Below are positions 35,098 to 43,156 of a stretch of DNA of 64,000 nucleotides, one piece after another. The DNA is from Deltaproteobacteria bacterium. GTDB taxonomy: Bacteria; Desulfobacterota; Binatia; UBA12015. The stretch covers positions 22,735 to 86,734 of the forward strand of contig VGTG01000001.1 in the NCBI GenBank assembly GCA_016874795.1, in the 5' to 3' direction. Made by a program: the position numbers and the translations under genes. The notes beneath the pieces are model-generated. The model saw only the letters and a program-made list of their open reading frames with translations, was not told the origin of the DNA and ran no database searches. Numbering within the stretch: position 1 is the stretch's first letter; each line of letters starts with the position of its first letter.

Positions 35098-36707
35098 TGC
35101 GAGGGCGCTTCCGCGGCACGGTCGCGGTTTCCGCGCTCGCCGGGCTCGCCCTCCTCGCGACCGGCTGCCCGGTCGGGCCGAACTACGTCCGCCCGGACGT
35201 CGAGATGCCGCCCGAGTACCGCTACGAGCTCCAGCCCGAGGAAGCGGCTTCGCTCGCGAACCTCGCGTGGTGGCAGGTCTTCGGCGACCCGGTCCTCCAG
35301 GACCTCATCCAGCAAGCCCTCGAGAACAACTACGACCTCGCGAGCGCCGTCGCCGCGGTCGAGCAGGCCCAGTCCCTCGTCGGCGTCGCGCGTGCGCCGC
35401 TCTTCCCCCAGATCAGCTACTCGGGAAGCGCTTCGCGCGGCAAGAGCTTCGTGTTCGGCGACAACAACCCGACGTTCAACAACTTCCTCGGCTCGTTCAA
35501 CGCGGCGTGGGAGATCGACATCTGGGGGCGGATCCGACGCGCGACCGAGGCGGCCCAGGCGACGATGCTCGCGACGGAGCAGTTCCGCCGCGGCGTGATG
35601 CTGTCGCTCGTGAGCGACGTCGCGCAAACCTACTTCGGTTTGCTCGAGCTCGACCTCGAGCTCGCGATCGCACGAGATACGGTCGTCTCCTTCCGCGACA
35701 CCGTCGAGCTCTTCCAGTTCCGCTACGAGGGCGGCGTCGGCAACAAGCTCGAGGTCGATCGGGCGATCGGGGCCCTCAAGGAGACCGAAGCGACGATTCC
35801 CGAGCTCGAGCGACGGATCGTCGAAGCCGAGAACCTGCTTCGCGTGCTGATCGGAAGCACACCCGGGCCGATCGCGCGCGGGGCTCCGTTGATCGACCAG
35901 AACGCGCCACCCGAGGTGCCGGCGGGAATTCCCTCGCAGCTCCTCGAGCGCCGGCCCGACGTCGTGCAGGCGGAGCAGGATCTGGTCAGCGCGAACGCGC
36001 AGGTCGGCGTCGCCGTCGCGAACTTCTTCCCGCAAATCGGGCTGACGGCACTGTACGGAGGACAGAGCAACGAGCTCGAGAACCTCGTCAAGAGCCAGGG
36101 CAACATCTGGAACATCGCCGGATCCATCGCAGGCCCGATCTTCACCGGCGGGCAGAACTACGAGACGTACAAGGCGCAGGTCGCCTTCTTCGAGCAATCG
36201 AGGGCGGAGTACATCCAGGCGATCCTGGTCGCGCTGCAGGACGTCTCGAACACGCTCACCTTTCAGGAGAAGCTGCGCGCGATCCGCAAGGCGCGCGAGG
36301 AGCAGGTCGTCGCGCTGCAGGAGTCGGTGGAGCTCTCGCTGCTGCGCTACGACCAGGGTCTCGCGAACTACTACGAGGTCCTCGAGGCGCAGCAGCAGCT
36401 CTTCCCGGCGCAGAACCAGCTCGCCCAGGTGCGTCGCGACCAGCTGACGGTGATCGTCCAGCTCTATCTCGCTCTCGGCGGCGGTTGGAGCCTCACCGAC
36501 GAGGAGTGGGTGACGCGCACGACGGCCGAGCCGGACCCGAATGCGGGCTCGATGGTGATCCCGGTCGATCCGGGTGCGTCGAACGCTGCCTTCGAGACGC
36601 CGACTTCGCAGCGCGGCCAGAGAGTCCCTCCCAGGCCGACGACGGCACCGCCTCCCGCACCGACGGCTTCGCCGCGCGCCGCTCCGACACCGGTTCCGTC
36701 GCCCTGA
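35097..36707 (+). CDS. Outer-membrane factor lipoprotein (NodT/OprM family) with Pro-rich C-terminal tail
   Basis: The start overlaps the RND stop (TGATG). Lipobox LATGC followed by PVGPNYVRP. Two alpha-barrel repeats. Confidence 0.92.
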   Translation: MRGRFRGTVAVSALAGLALLATGCPVGPNYVRPDVEMPPEYRYELQPEEAASLANLAWWQVFGDPVLQDLIQQALENNYDLASAVAAVEQAQSLVGVARAPLFPQISYSGSASRGKSFVFGDNNPTFNNFLGSFNAAWEIDIWGRIRRATEAAQATMLATEQFRRGVMLSLVSDVAQTYFGLLELDLELAIARDTVVSFRDTVELFQFRYEGGVGNKLEVDRAIGALKETEATIPELERRIVEAENLLRVLIGSTPGPIARGAPLIDQNAPPEVPAGIPSQLLERRPDVVQAEQDLVSANAQVGVAVANFFPQIGLTALYGGQSNELENLVKSQGNIWNIAGSIAGPIFTGGQNYETYKAQVAFFEQSRAEYIQAILVALQDVSNTLTFQEKLRAIRKAREEQVVALQESVELSLLRYDQGLANYYEVLEAQQQLFPAQNQLAQVRRDQLTVIVQLYLALGGGWSLTDEEWVTRTTAEPDPNAGSMVIPVDPGASNAAFETPTSQRGQRVPPRPTTAPPPAPTASPRAAPTPVPSP

Positions 36708-36734
36708 TCTACCGCTCGCCGCCGCGGCGCCGCC

Positions 36735-37637
36735 TCAGAGTCGCGCCGCTTCCGGTCCTCCCGGTCCGATCAAGAGCGTCGCGACGCCGTGCGTGCCGCC
36801 GCGCACCGTGCAGACGCGCGTGCCTTCCTTCCGCCCCTTCCGGACCTCGCTCACGTCGATGCCGGCCGCGGCGATCCGTGCCTGCGACCGTGTGACATCC
36901 GGCACGCGATACGCGACGCCCCAGAGCGCGTCCGGCCTCTCCGGCTCGACCGCAGCCCCGAGCGAAGCGCCGGCCTCGATCGTGATCCCGCCGAGGCGGA
37001 AGAAGAGGAGACGCGAGCCGAACTTCTCGAAGGTCCGATCGAGGGCGAGTCGGATGCCGAGCCGGTCCCCGTAGAGCTGCCGCGTGCTGTCCGCGTCCTT
37101 CGTGAGGACGACGACGTGGTCGAGCTCGGCGACGGCCGCCGAGCCGTCTCCGGTCGGTTCGGCGAGGGGCAGCGCGTCGGGCGGCGAGAGGTGCTCGATC
37201 GCGAAGAGGGGGATGCCGCGCGTCTCGTCGTCGGGGAGGAAGAGGTTCCGCCAGCGCCGCTCCGCGCCGATCCGGCTCTCGCGCCCGGAGCCGGCCGCGG
37301 GATCGAAGGGATGGAGACCGCGTCTCCGGAGCTCGGCGGCGCATGCGTCCGCGTCGGCGCAGCGGAACGCCAGGGCCCAGAGCCCTTCTCCGCCCGCGTC
37401 GAGCCGCGCGCGCAGCACGTCGGCGAAGGGCGCCTCGCGCACGGGAGCGAGCAGCTCCACGTAGGCGTTGCCGAGCCGGAAGAGGACGTTCGCGGTGCCG
37501 AAGTCCGGATGCTCTCCGTACCAAGACGGCTTTCGTCCGAGGAACGCCGCGTAGTCGTCCGCCGCGCTCGCGAGGTCGCGCACCGCGATCACCACGTGAT
37601 CGAGAGCTTCGAGCGGACCGCTCGCTTCTTCGCTCAC
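36735..37637 (-). CDS. Two-module VOC (glyoxalase/bleomycin-resistance/dioxygenase) family protein
   Basis: Duplicated LDHVVIAV / LDHVVVLT modules. The GTG start at 37637 overlaps the lgt stop (GTGA). Confidence 0.78.
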   Translation of the reverse strand: MSEEASGPLEALDHVVIAVRDLASAADDYAAFLGRKPSWYGEHPDFGTANVLFRLGNAYVELLAPVREAPFADVLRARLDAGGEGLWALAFRCADADACAAELRRRGLHPFDPAAGSGRESRIGAERRWRNLFLPDDETRGIPLFAIEHLSPPDALPLAEPTGDGSAAVAELDHVVVLTKDADSTRQLYGDRLGIRLALDRTFEKFGSRLLFFRLGGITIEAGASLGAAVEPERPDALWGVAYRVPDVTRSQARIAAAGIDVSEVRKGRKEGTRVCTVRGGTHGVATLLIGPGGPEAARL

Positions 37638-38332
37638 GTCTCGACCAGGCGGACGCCGCCGCCGCTCCGGAGCCGTGCGAGAGCGGGCCACGCGAGCGCC
37701 AGAGCGATCAGCGCGAGCGCGATCCCCTGCTGGTGCGAGAGCCCGAGAAACCTCTCGGGCCGCCCGTCGGCGCGAAGCGGATCGAGCAGCAGCCGGAGCG
37801 ATCCGTACAGCAGCAGGTAGAGCCGGAACGCCGAGCCGAGTGGAAGCTCGCCCGCTTCCACGCGCGCGAGCCGCGACCGGCACGCCCAGGCGATCGAAGC
37901 GAGCCCGAGCGCCTCGTAGAGCTGCACCGGATGCGGCGGCAGGCCCGCGCAGCAACCCGCGCAGAAGCACCCGATCCGGCCGATGGCATGGCCCATCGGC
38001 ACCGCGACCGCAAAGTAGTCGGCGCCGCGCGCGAAGCTCAAGCCGCGAAGACGCGCCACCGCGAAGCCCGCGACTCCCGCTCCGATCAAACCGCCGAAGA
38101 AGACGAAGCCGACGCCGAAGTCCGCCCAGAAGCGGAGCTCGCCGCGTGCGTAGTGCTCCCAGCCGAGGAAGACGAAGAGCGCCTTCGCGCCGATCACCGC
38201 GCCGATCAGCATCGTCCACGCGGCGGCCCAGAAGCCGTTCTCGGTGAGGCCGAGGCGCTCGTGGCGCTGCTTCAGCCAGAGCACCGCCACGACGCAGCCG
38301 GTCGCGGCGAAGATCCCGTAGAGGGTCGGCAT
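37634..38332 (-). CDS. lgt: Prolipoprotein diacylglyceryl transferase family protein
   Basis: HPVQLYE motif, GRIGCF, polytopic. Confidence 0.82.
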   Translation of the reverse strand: MPTLYGIFAATGCVVAVLWLKQRHERLGLTENGFWAAAWTMLIGAVIGAKALFVFLGWEHYARGELRFWADFGVGFVFFGGLIGAGVAGFAVARLRGLSFARGADYFAVAVPMGHAIGRIGCFCAGCCAGLPPHPVQLYEALGLASIAWACRSRLARVEAGELPLGSAFRLYLLLYGSLRLLLDPLRADGRPERFLGLSHQQGIALALIALALAWPALARLRSGGGVRLVET

Positions 38333-38362
38333 GCGCGGGAGGTGCCTGTGGCCCGGGCCGGC

Positions 38363-38539
38363 TCAGTGGCCCTCGCTCGCACGCTGCTGCTCGCAGTCGA
38401 TCTTCGCCTGCCCGGTCATGCTCTCACAGGCGACCTCCGCTCGAGGCTTCTCCGAGCTGCGGTCGAACAGCCCGAAGCAAGCCGTCGTCGCCGCGAACAG
38501 CGCCGCCATCGTTGCCAGCATCACGAGATTCTTCGCCAT
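38363..38539 (-). CDS. Small secreted 3-Cys peptide (58 aa) upstream of lgt
   Basis: MAKNLVMLATMAALFAATTAC signal-like N-terminus and good third-position GC. Short, with no clear RBS. Confidence 0.35.
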   Translation of the reverse strand: MAKNLVMLATMAALFAATTACFGLFDRSSEKPRAEVACESMTGQAKIDCEQQRASEGH

Positions 38540-38640
38540 GTCCCTGCAAAGCCATTTCGCGGCGGCGAACGCAAGCCGTGCTCCGCGCCCTGACGAACCG
38601 CCGGGCCTCTGGTACGAACCGTCGGACGACGCGACGCTCC

Positions 38641-39678
38641 ATGAAGACCCTGGCAAAGGCCGGAGTGGCGCTCCTCCTCCCCTGGATCGTTCTCGAGCTC
38701 GGCCTGCGGATCGCCGGATACCATGCGCCGGACAACCGAAGTCGCACGCTCCTCTTCCCGCGCTTCCCGGCATTCTACGAGCCCGATCGCGATCTCGCGT
38801 GGAAGCTCCGGCCGAACGTCGCGTGGCAGGCGCGGGACTTCGTACAGCCGTTCACGACCGACGGCGAAGGGCATCGCTCGACGCCGCAGCCGGAAGGCGA
38901 TGCCGGGGCGCCGCGCGTCGACTTCATCGGCGACTCGTCGACGTTCGGCTACGGCTCGCTCGACGCGAGCACCTTCCCCGCCGTGCTCGCCGACCTCGCT
39001 GCGGAAGCCGGAACCCCCGTCCGCGCGCGTAATCTCGGCGTGCCCGGATACAACGCGCAGTCCGCGCGCCTGATCGCCGCGTCGGTCGACGAGCCGGCGG
39101 CGGTGACGGTCGTGATGGTCGGGTTCAACGACCACTTTCCCGCGAATCGCTCCGCCGCCGAGGACCTCTGGATCCGCCGCGCCGCGTACGCGTGCTTCGC
39201 GAGTCGCGTCTGCGCTCTCCTCTTCGACCATCTCGCGGAGCCGCGCGCCGCGAAGCAGACCCCGCCGACGGAGTACCGGCCCGCGGTGTCGCCGGAGGAG
39301 TACCGCGAGCAGCTCGGTGAGACCGTGCGCGCTCTTCGCGAGCGCGGCAGCGAGCCGATCCTCCTCGTCTACCCGTCGATCCTGGGCGACGAGGAGACGC
39401 GCGCCGCGGTCGCTTCGTACTGGAAGCACCCGCGCTCGCTCGTCGACGCGAACGTCGAGGCGCATCCCCGCTATCAGCAGATCACGCGCGAGGTCGCGGC
39501 AGCGGAGGGCGTTCGCATCGTCGACCTGGCGGAGATCTTCGATGCGGCGGGCAACGAGGGCCTGCACATCGACTGGGTCCACCCGAACGACGCGGGCTAT
39601 CGGCTGATCGCGCAGTCGATCCTGCCCGAGGTGCAGGCCGCGCTCGCTGCGAAGAGGGCCGCGCCCCCGAGCGACTGA
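38641..39678 (+). CDS. Membrane-anchored SGNH/GDSL hydrolase
   Basis: Block I FIGDSSTFG, block III MVGFNDH and block V DWVHPN, with an N-terminal TM anchor. Confidence 0.8.
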   Translation: MKTLAKAGVALLLPWIVLELGLRIAGYHAPDNRSRTLLFPRFPAFYEPDRDLAWKLRPNVAWQARDFVQPFTTDGEGHRSTPQPEGDAGAPRVDFIGDSSTFGYGSLDASTFPAVLADLAAEAGTPVRARNLGVPGYNAQSARLIAASVDEPAAVTVVMVGFNDHFPANRSAAEDLWIRRAAYACFASRVCALLFDHLAEPRAAKQTPPTEYRPAVSPEEYREQLGETVRALRERGSEPILLVYPSILGDEETRAAVASYWKHPRSLVDANVEAHPRYQQITREVAAAEGVRIVDLAEIFDAAGNEGLHIDWVHPNDAGYRLIAQSILPEVQAALAAKRAAPPSD

Positions 39679-39684
39679 GGCGCG

Positions 39685-40389
39685 TCAGCCGCGCGCGAGT
39701 GCCGCTCGGCAAAAACGGCGTAGGTGCCGCGAGAGACGGTCGCGCGGCGGCGGCTCGTCGGCGGAGAGGACGCGCGTCAGCGTACCGGCGAGCACGCCGT
39801 GCAGCGCCCAAGCGTCTTCCGCCGGCTCCACCTTCGGGAAGTCGCCGCTCGCGCGTCCCGCCGTCACGATTTCGACGAGGAGGCCGACGAGCTGCTCCTG
39901 GCAAGCCCGCACCTCGCTCGAGTAGCGCTCGCGGAGCTCCGCCGGGACGCTCGAGAAGAGCTTCGTCTCGCGCCGGTAGCGCGGCTCGTACGCGAGGTCG
40001 AGCGTCGCGTCGATGTACGCGTCGAGGCGTGCCGGCGGGCTCTTCTGGCGCGAGACGACGTCCCCGAGGCGCGCCATCGCGGCGTCGTTCGCGCGTGCGA
40101 ACAGCTCGAGGAAGAGCTCGTCCTTCCCAGCATGGAACCGGTAGAACGCCCGGGTCGAGATGCCCGCTTCGCGCAGCACGTCCTCGACGCGCGTGTCCGC
40201 GTAGCCCCGCGCGACGAACGCGCGCAGTGCCGCGGCGAGAAGCTCCTGGTGCTCGATCTCGCGACGCTCGCGCAAGGCTTCGAGGCGAGCCTCCTGCCCG
40301 GCGACCGCCCGGGCGACGCCGCGACGCCGCGGCCGCCCGGCGGACCCCGCGGTTCGCTCCGCAGCTCGAGGATTGACAGAGGTGGCCAA
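39685..40389 (-). CDS. TetR-family transcriptional regulator
   Basis: HTH VEDVLREAGISTRAFYRFH. TTG start at 40389. Divergent from the amidohydrolase operon. Confidence 0.85.
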   Translation of the reverse strand: MATSVNPRAAERTAGSAGRPRRRGVARAVAGQEARLEALRERREIEHQELLAAALRAFVARGYADTRVEDVLREAGISTRAFYRFHAGKDELFLELFARANDAAMARLGDVVSRQKSPPARLDAYIDATLDLAYEPRYRRETKLFSSVPAELRERYSSEVRACQEQLVGLLVEIVTAGRASGDFPKVEPAEDAWALHGVLAGTLTRVLSADEPPPRDRLSRHLRRFCRAALARG

Positions 40390-40404
40390 GCGCGATACTT
40401 CCCG

Positions 40405-40470
40405 TCTCGTAAAACGAAAATATCATTTTCAATTGACGAGTGGAAGTGTTCCGCTCGATTTTGAACGAAA
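40405..40470. promoter_or_regulatory. AT-rich divergent promoter/operator region with palindrome GAAAAT-atc-ATTTTC
   Basis: This is the only strongly AT-rich stretch in the region. The palindrome at 40416-40430 is followed by TTGACG at 40433-40438. It lies between the TetR gene and its presumed target operon. Confidence 0.4.
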
Positions 40471-40479
40471 GGTGCGCCG

Positions 40480-41556
40480 ATGCCGTCCCCCCGCCTGATC
40501 TCGGCCGATTCCCACGTCAACGAGCCTCCGGAGATGTTCGCCGAGCGCCTCCCGGCCACCCTGCGCGAGCGTGCGCCGCGCGTGGAGGAGGTCGACGGGA
40601 TCCCGTCGCTCCTCGTCGAGGGCATGCGCCCGCGGAAGCTCCCGAAGGGACGCGACGTCCTCACGGGCGAGGCGCTCGAGCGCGCGCAGGCCGGCGGCTG
40701 GGACCCGGCGCTTCGCATGCGCGACCAGGATCGCGACGGCGTCTCCGCCGAGGTCGTGTTCCCGACGCTCGCGCTGCAGGCGTGCTTCGCTTCGCCCGAT
40801 CCCGCGTTCCAGATGGCGATGGCGCGCGCCTACAACGACTGGGTCACGGAGGTCTTCGGCCCGCACCCGGACCGCTTCGCTGCCGCGGCGGTGATCCCGA
40901 TGGCGGACGTCTCGGCCGCGATCGTCGAAGCGAAGCGCACCGCGAAGCTCGGGCTGCGCTCGCTCTTCCTGCCGATCCAGATGCCGGCCCGACCCTACAA
41001 CGATCCCGCGTACGACCCGTTCTGGGCCGTCGCCGAGGAGATCGGCCTGCCGCTGACGTTCCACTCCGGCACCGGTCACGAGCCGCGCATCGAGCGCGGG
41101 CCGGGCGGTGCCGTGATCAACTACATCCTCGGCTCACAAGCCGACGGCGCGCACCTGATCTGCTACTTGACGATGTCCGGCGTGCTCGAGCGCTACCCGA
41201 AGCTGCACGTGGTCACCGTCGAGACCGGCAGCGCGTGGCTCGCGTGGGTCGTGACGAGCATGGACGAGATCCACGAGAAGCACCAGATGTGGGCGCGCCC
41301 GAAGCTCGCGTTGAAGCCGAGCGAGTACGTCAAGCGCCAGGCGCACGTCACCTTCCAGAACGACCCCGTCGGTGTCGAGAACCGGCGCTTCACCGGCGTC
41401 GAGTCGCTGATCTGGGGAAGCGACTATCCGCATCCCGAGGGGACGTGGCCCAACTCGCGCGCTTCGCTCGAGGAGCAGCTCGCCGGCGTTCCGGACGACG
41501 AGCGGGCCCAGATGACCGGCGGCACCGCCGCGCGGCTCTTCGGGTTCGCCGCATGA
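40480..41556 (+). CDS. Amidohydrolase-2 (ACMSD/metal-dependent hydrolase or decarboxylase) family protein
   Basis: ISADSHVNEP metal-binding His, FHSGTGH, WGSDYPHPEG. Confidence 0.85.
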   Translation: MPSPRLISADSHVNEPPEMFAERLPATLRERAPRVEEVDGIPSLLVEGMRPRKLPKGRDVLTGEALERAQAGGWDPALRMRDQDRDGVSAEVVFPTLALQACFASPDPAFQMAMARAYNDWVTEVFGPHPDRFAAAAVIPMADVSAAIVEAKRTAKLGLRSLFLPIQMPARPYNDPAYDPFWAVAEEIGLPLTFHSGTGHEPRIERGPGGAVINYILGSQADGAHLICYLTMSGVLERYPKLHVVTVETGSAWLAWVVTSMDEIHEKHQMWARPKLALKPSEYVKRQAHVTFQNDPVGVENRRFTGVESLIWGSDYPHPEGTWPNSRASLEEQLAGVPDDERAQMTGGTAARLFGFAA

Positions 41557-42725
41557 GGGACCAGACCTGCATCGTCGGCACGGGAACGACCGCGTACGGC
41601 CGCCGCGGCGACTTCTACGAGCGCGGTCAGGTCGACCAGATTCGCGAGGCGCTCGACCTGGCGCTCGCGGAGTCCGGCCTCGATCGGCGCGACGTCGACG
41701 GCTTCGCGTCGTACTCCGTCGATGCGAACGATCCGAGCCTCCTCGCCCCGGCGCTCGGCATTCCGAACGTCAACTTCTCGAACCTCGTCTTCGGCGGCGG
41801 GGGCGGCGGGACGTGCGGCGCGATCGCGAACGCAGCCGCGGCCGTCATCGCGGGGCTCGCGAAGGTCGTGATGGTCTACAAGGTCATCACGCAGCCGCCG
41901 CACATGCGCTTCGGCGCCGCGTACGGCTCGGCGCAGGTCGCGGCCGACCCGATGAGCGACTTCCACCGGCCGTACGGCCTCGTCTCGCCGGTGCAGTTCT
42001 TCGCGCTCCTCTTCCAGCGCCACATGCATCGCTACGGGACGACGACGCGCGCTCTCGCCGAGGTGGCGGTGCAGACGCGAGCGCACGCGCGGCGGAACCC
42101 GAAGGCTCGTCGGCAGGAGCCGATGACGATCGAGGACCATCAGAGCTCCCGCTTCATCGCTGAGCCCTTCCGCCTCTTCGACTGCTGCCAGGAGAACGAC
42201 GGCGGCGCCGTCGTCCTCGTCACGTCGGCGGAGCGTGCGCGCGACCTGAAAGCGAAGCCGATCTACGTCATGGGCGGCGCGCAGGGCGGCGACAGCCTCT
42301 GGGGACAGGGCCTGACGAGCCAGAACCAGCCCGAGGACCTCTACACCTCGGCCGGACACCGCCACCTCGCGAAGCGTCTCTACGAGATGGCGGGCGTCGG
42401 CCCTTCCGACGTCGACGTCGCCCTCTTCTACGACCACTTCAGCGGGATGGTGCTCCTGCAGCTCGAGGACTACGGCTTCTGCAAGCCGGGCGAGAGCGGC
42501 GCGTTCGTCGAGAACGGCGGCATCTCGTGGCAAGGCGGTCGCCTTCCCGTGAACACGCACGGCGGCAACCTCTCCGAGGTCTACCTGCTCGGCATGACCC
42601 ACGTCGTCGAGGCGTGCCGCCAGCTTCGCGGCGAGTCGACGAGCCAGGTCGACGGCGCGGAGATCGCGCTCGTGACCGCCGGCCCGAGCAACCTTCCCAC
42701 CAGCTCGCTGCTGCTTCGACGTTGA
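41553..42725 (+). CDS. SCP-x/Ltp-type thiolase-like protein
   Basis: The ATG overlaps the upstream stop (ATGA). Thiolase-like fold with NTHGGNLSE, resembling nonspecific lipid-transfer/BbsB-like thiolases. Confidence 0.85.
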   Translation: MRDQTCIVGTGTTAYGRRGDFYERGQVDQIREALDLALAESGLDRRDVDGFASYSVDANDPSLLAPALGIPNVNFSNLVFGGGGGGTCGAIANAAAAVIAGLAKVVMVYKVITQPPHMRFGAAYGSAQVAADPMSDFHRPYGLVSPVQFFALLFQRHMHRYGTTTRALAEVAVQTRAHARRNPKARRQEPMTIEDHQSSRFIAEPFRLFDCCQENDGGAVVLVTSAERARDLKAKPIYVMGGAQGGDSLWGQGLTSQNQPEDLYTSAGHRHLAKRLYEMAGVGPSDVDVALFYDHFSGMVLLQLEDYGFCKPGESGAFVENGGISWQGGRLPVNTHGGNLSEVYLLGMTHVVEACRQLRGESTSQVDGAEIALVTAGPSNLPTSSLLLRR

Positions 42726-42736
42726 GCGTGAGAGAC

Positions 42737-43156
42737 ATGGCACTTTCCGAAGAGCTCGCCCGGATCGGACCGAACGCGACGACGCGCCCCTTCTGGGAGG
42801 CGTGCCTCCGCCGCGAGCTGCGCATCCAGCGCTGTGGGTCGTGCGGCCGCTTCCGCCATCCGCCGCTGCCCGGCTGTCCGCACTGCGGCTCGGCCGAGAG
42901 CGAGTGGCCGCTCGTCTCGGGCCGCGGGCGCATCCACAGCTTCACGATCGTGCACCATCCGGCCCTGCCGTTCCTCGCGGAGGCGGTGCCCTACAACGTC
43001 GTCGTCGTCTCCCTCGACGACGCGCCGGGCGCGCGCATGATCAGCAACCTCCTCGACGCGGAGCCGGGCGAGCTGCGGATCGACCTGCCGGTCGAGGTCT
43101 GGTGGGACGAGGCCGGGCCCGACGTCGTCCTGCCCTGCTTCCGGCGCGCGCGATGA
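42737..43156 (+). CDS. DUF35 Zn-ribbon + OB-fold protein (thiolase partner)
   Basis: CGSCGRFRHPPLPGCPHCGS rubredoxin-like ribbon followed by an OB-fold. 139 aa. Confidence 0.85.
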   Translation: MALSEELARIGPNATTRPFWEACLRRELRIQRCGSCGRFRHPPLPGCPHCGSAESEWPLVSGRGRIHSFTIVHHPALPFLAEAVPYNVVVVSLDDAPGARMISNLLDAEPGELRIDLPVEVWWDEAGPDVVLPCFRRAR

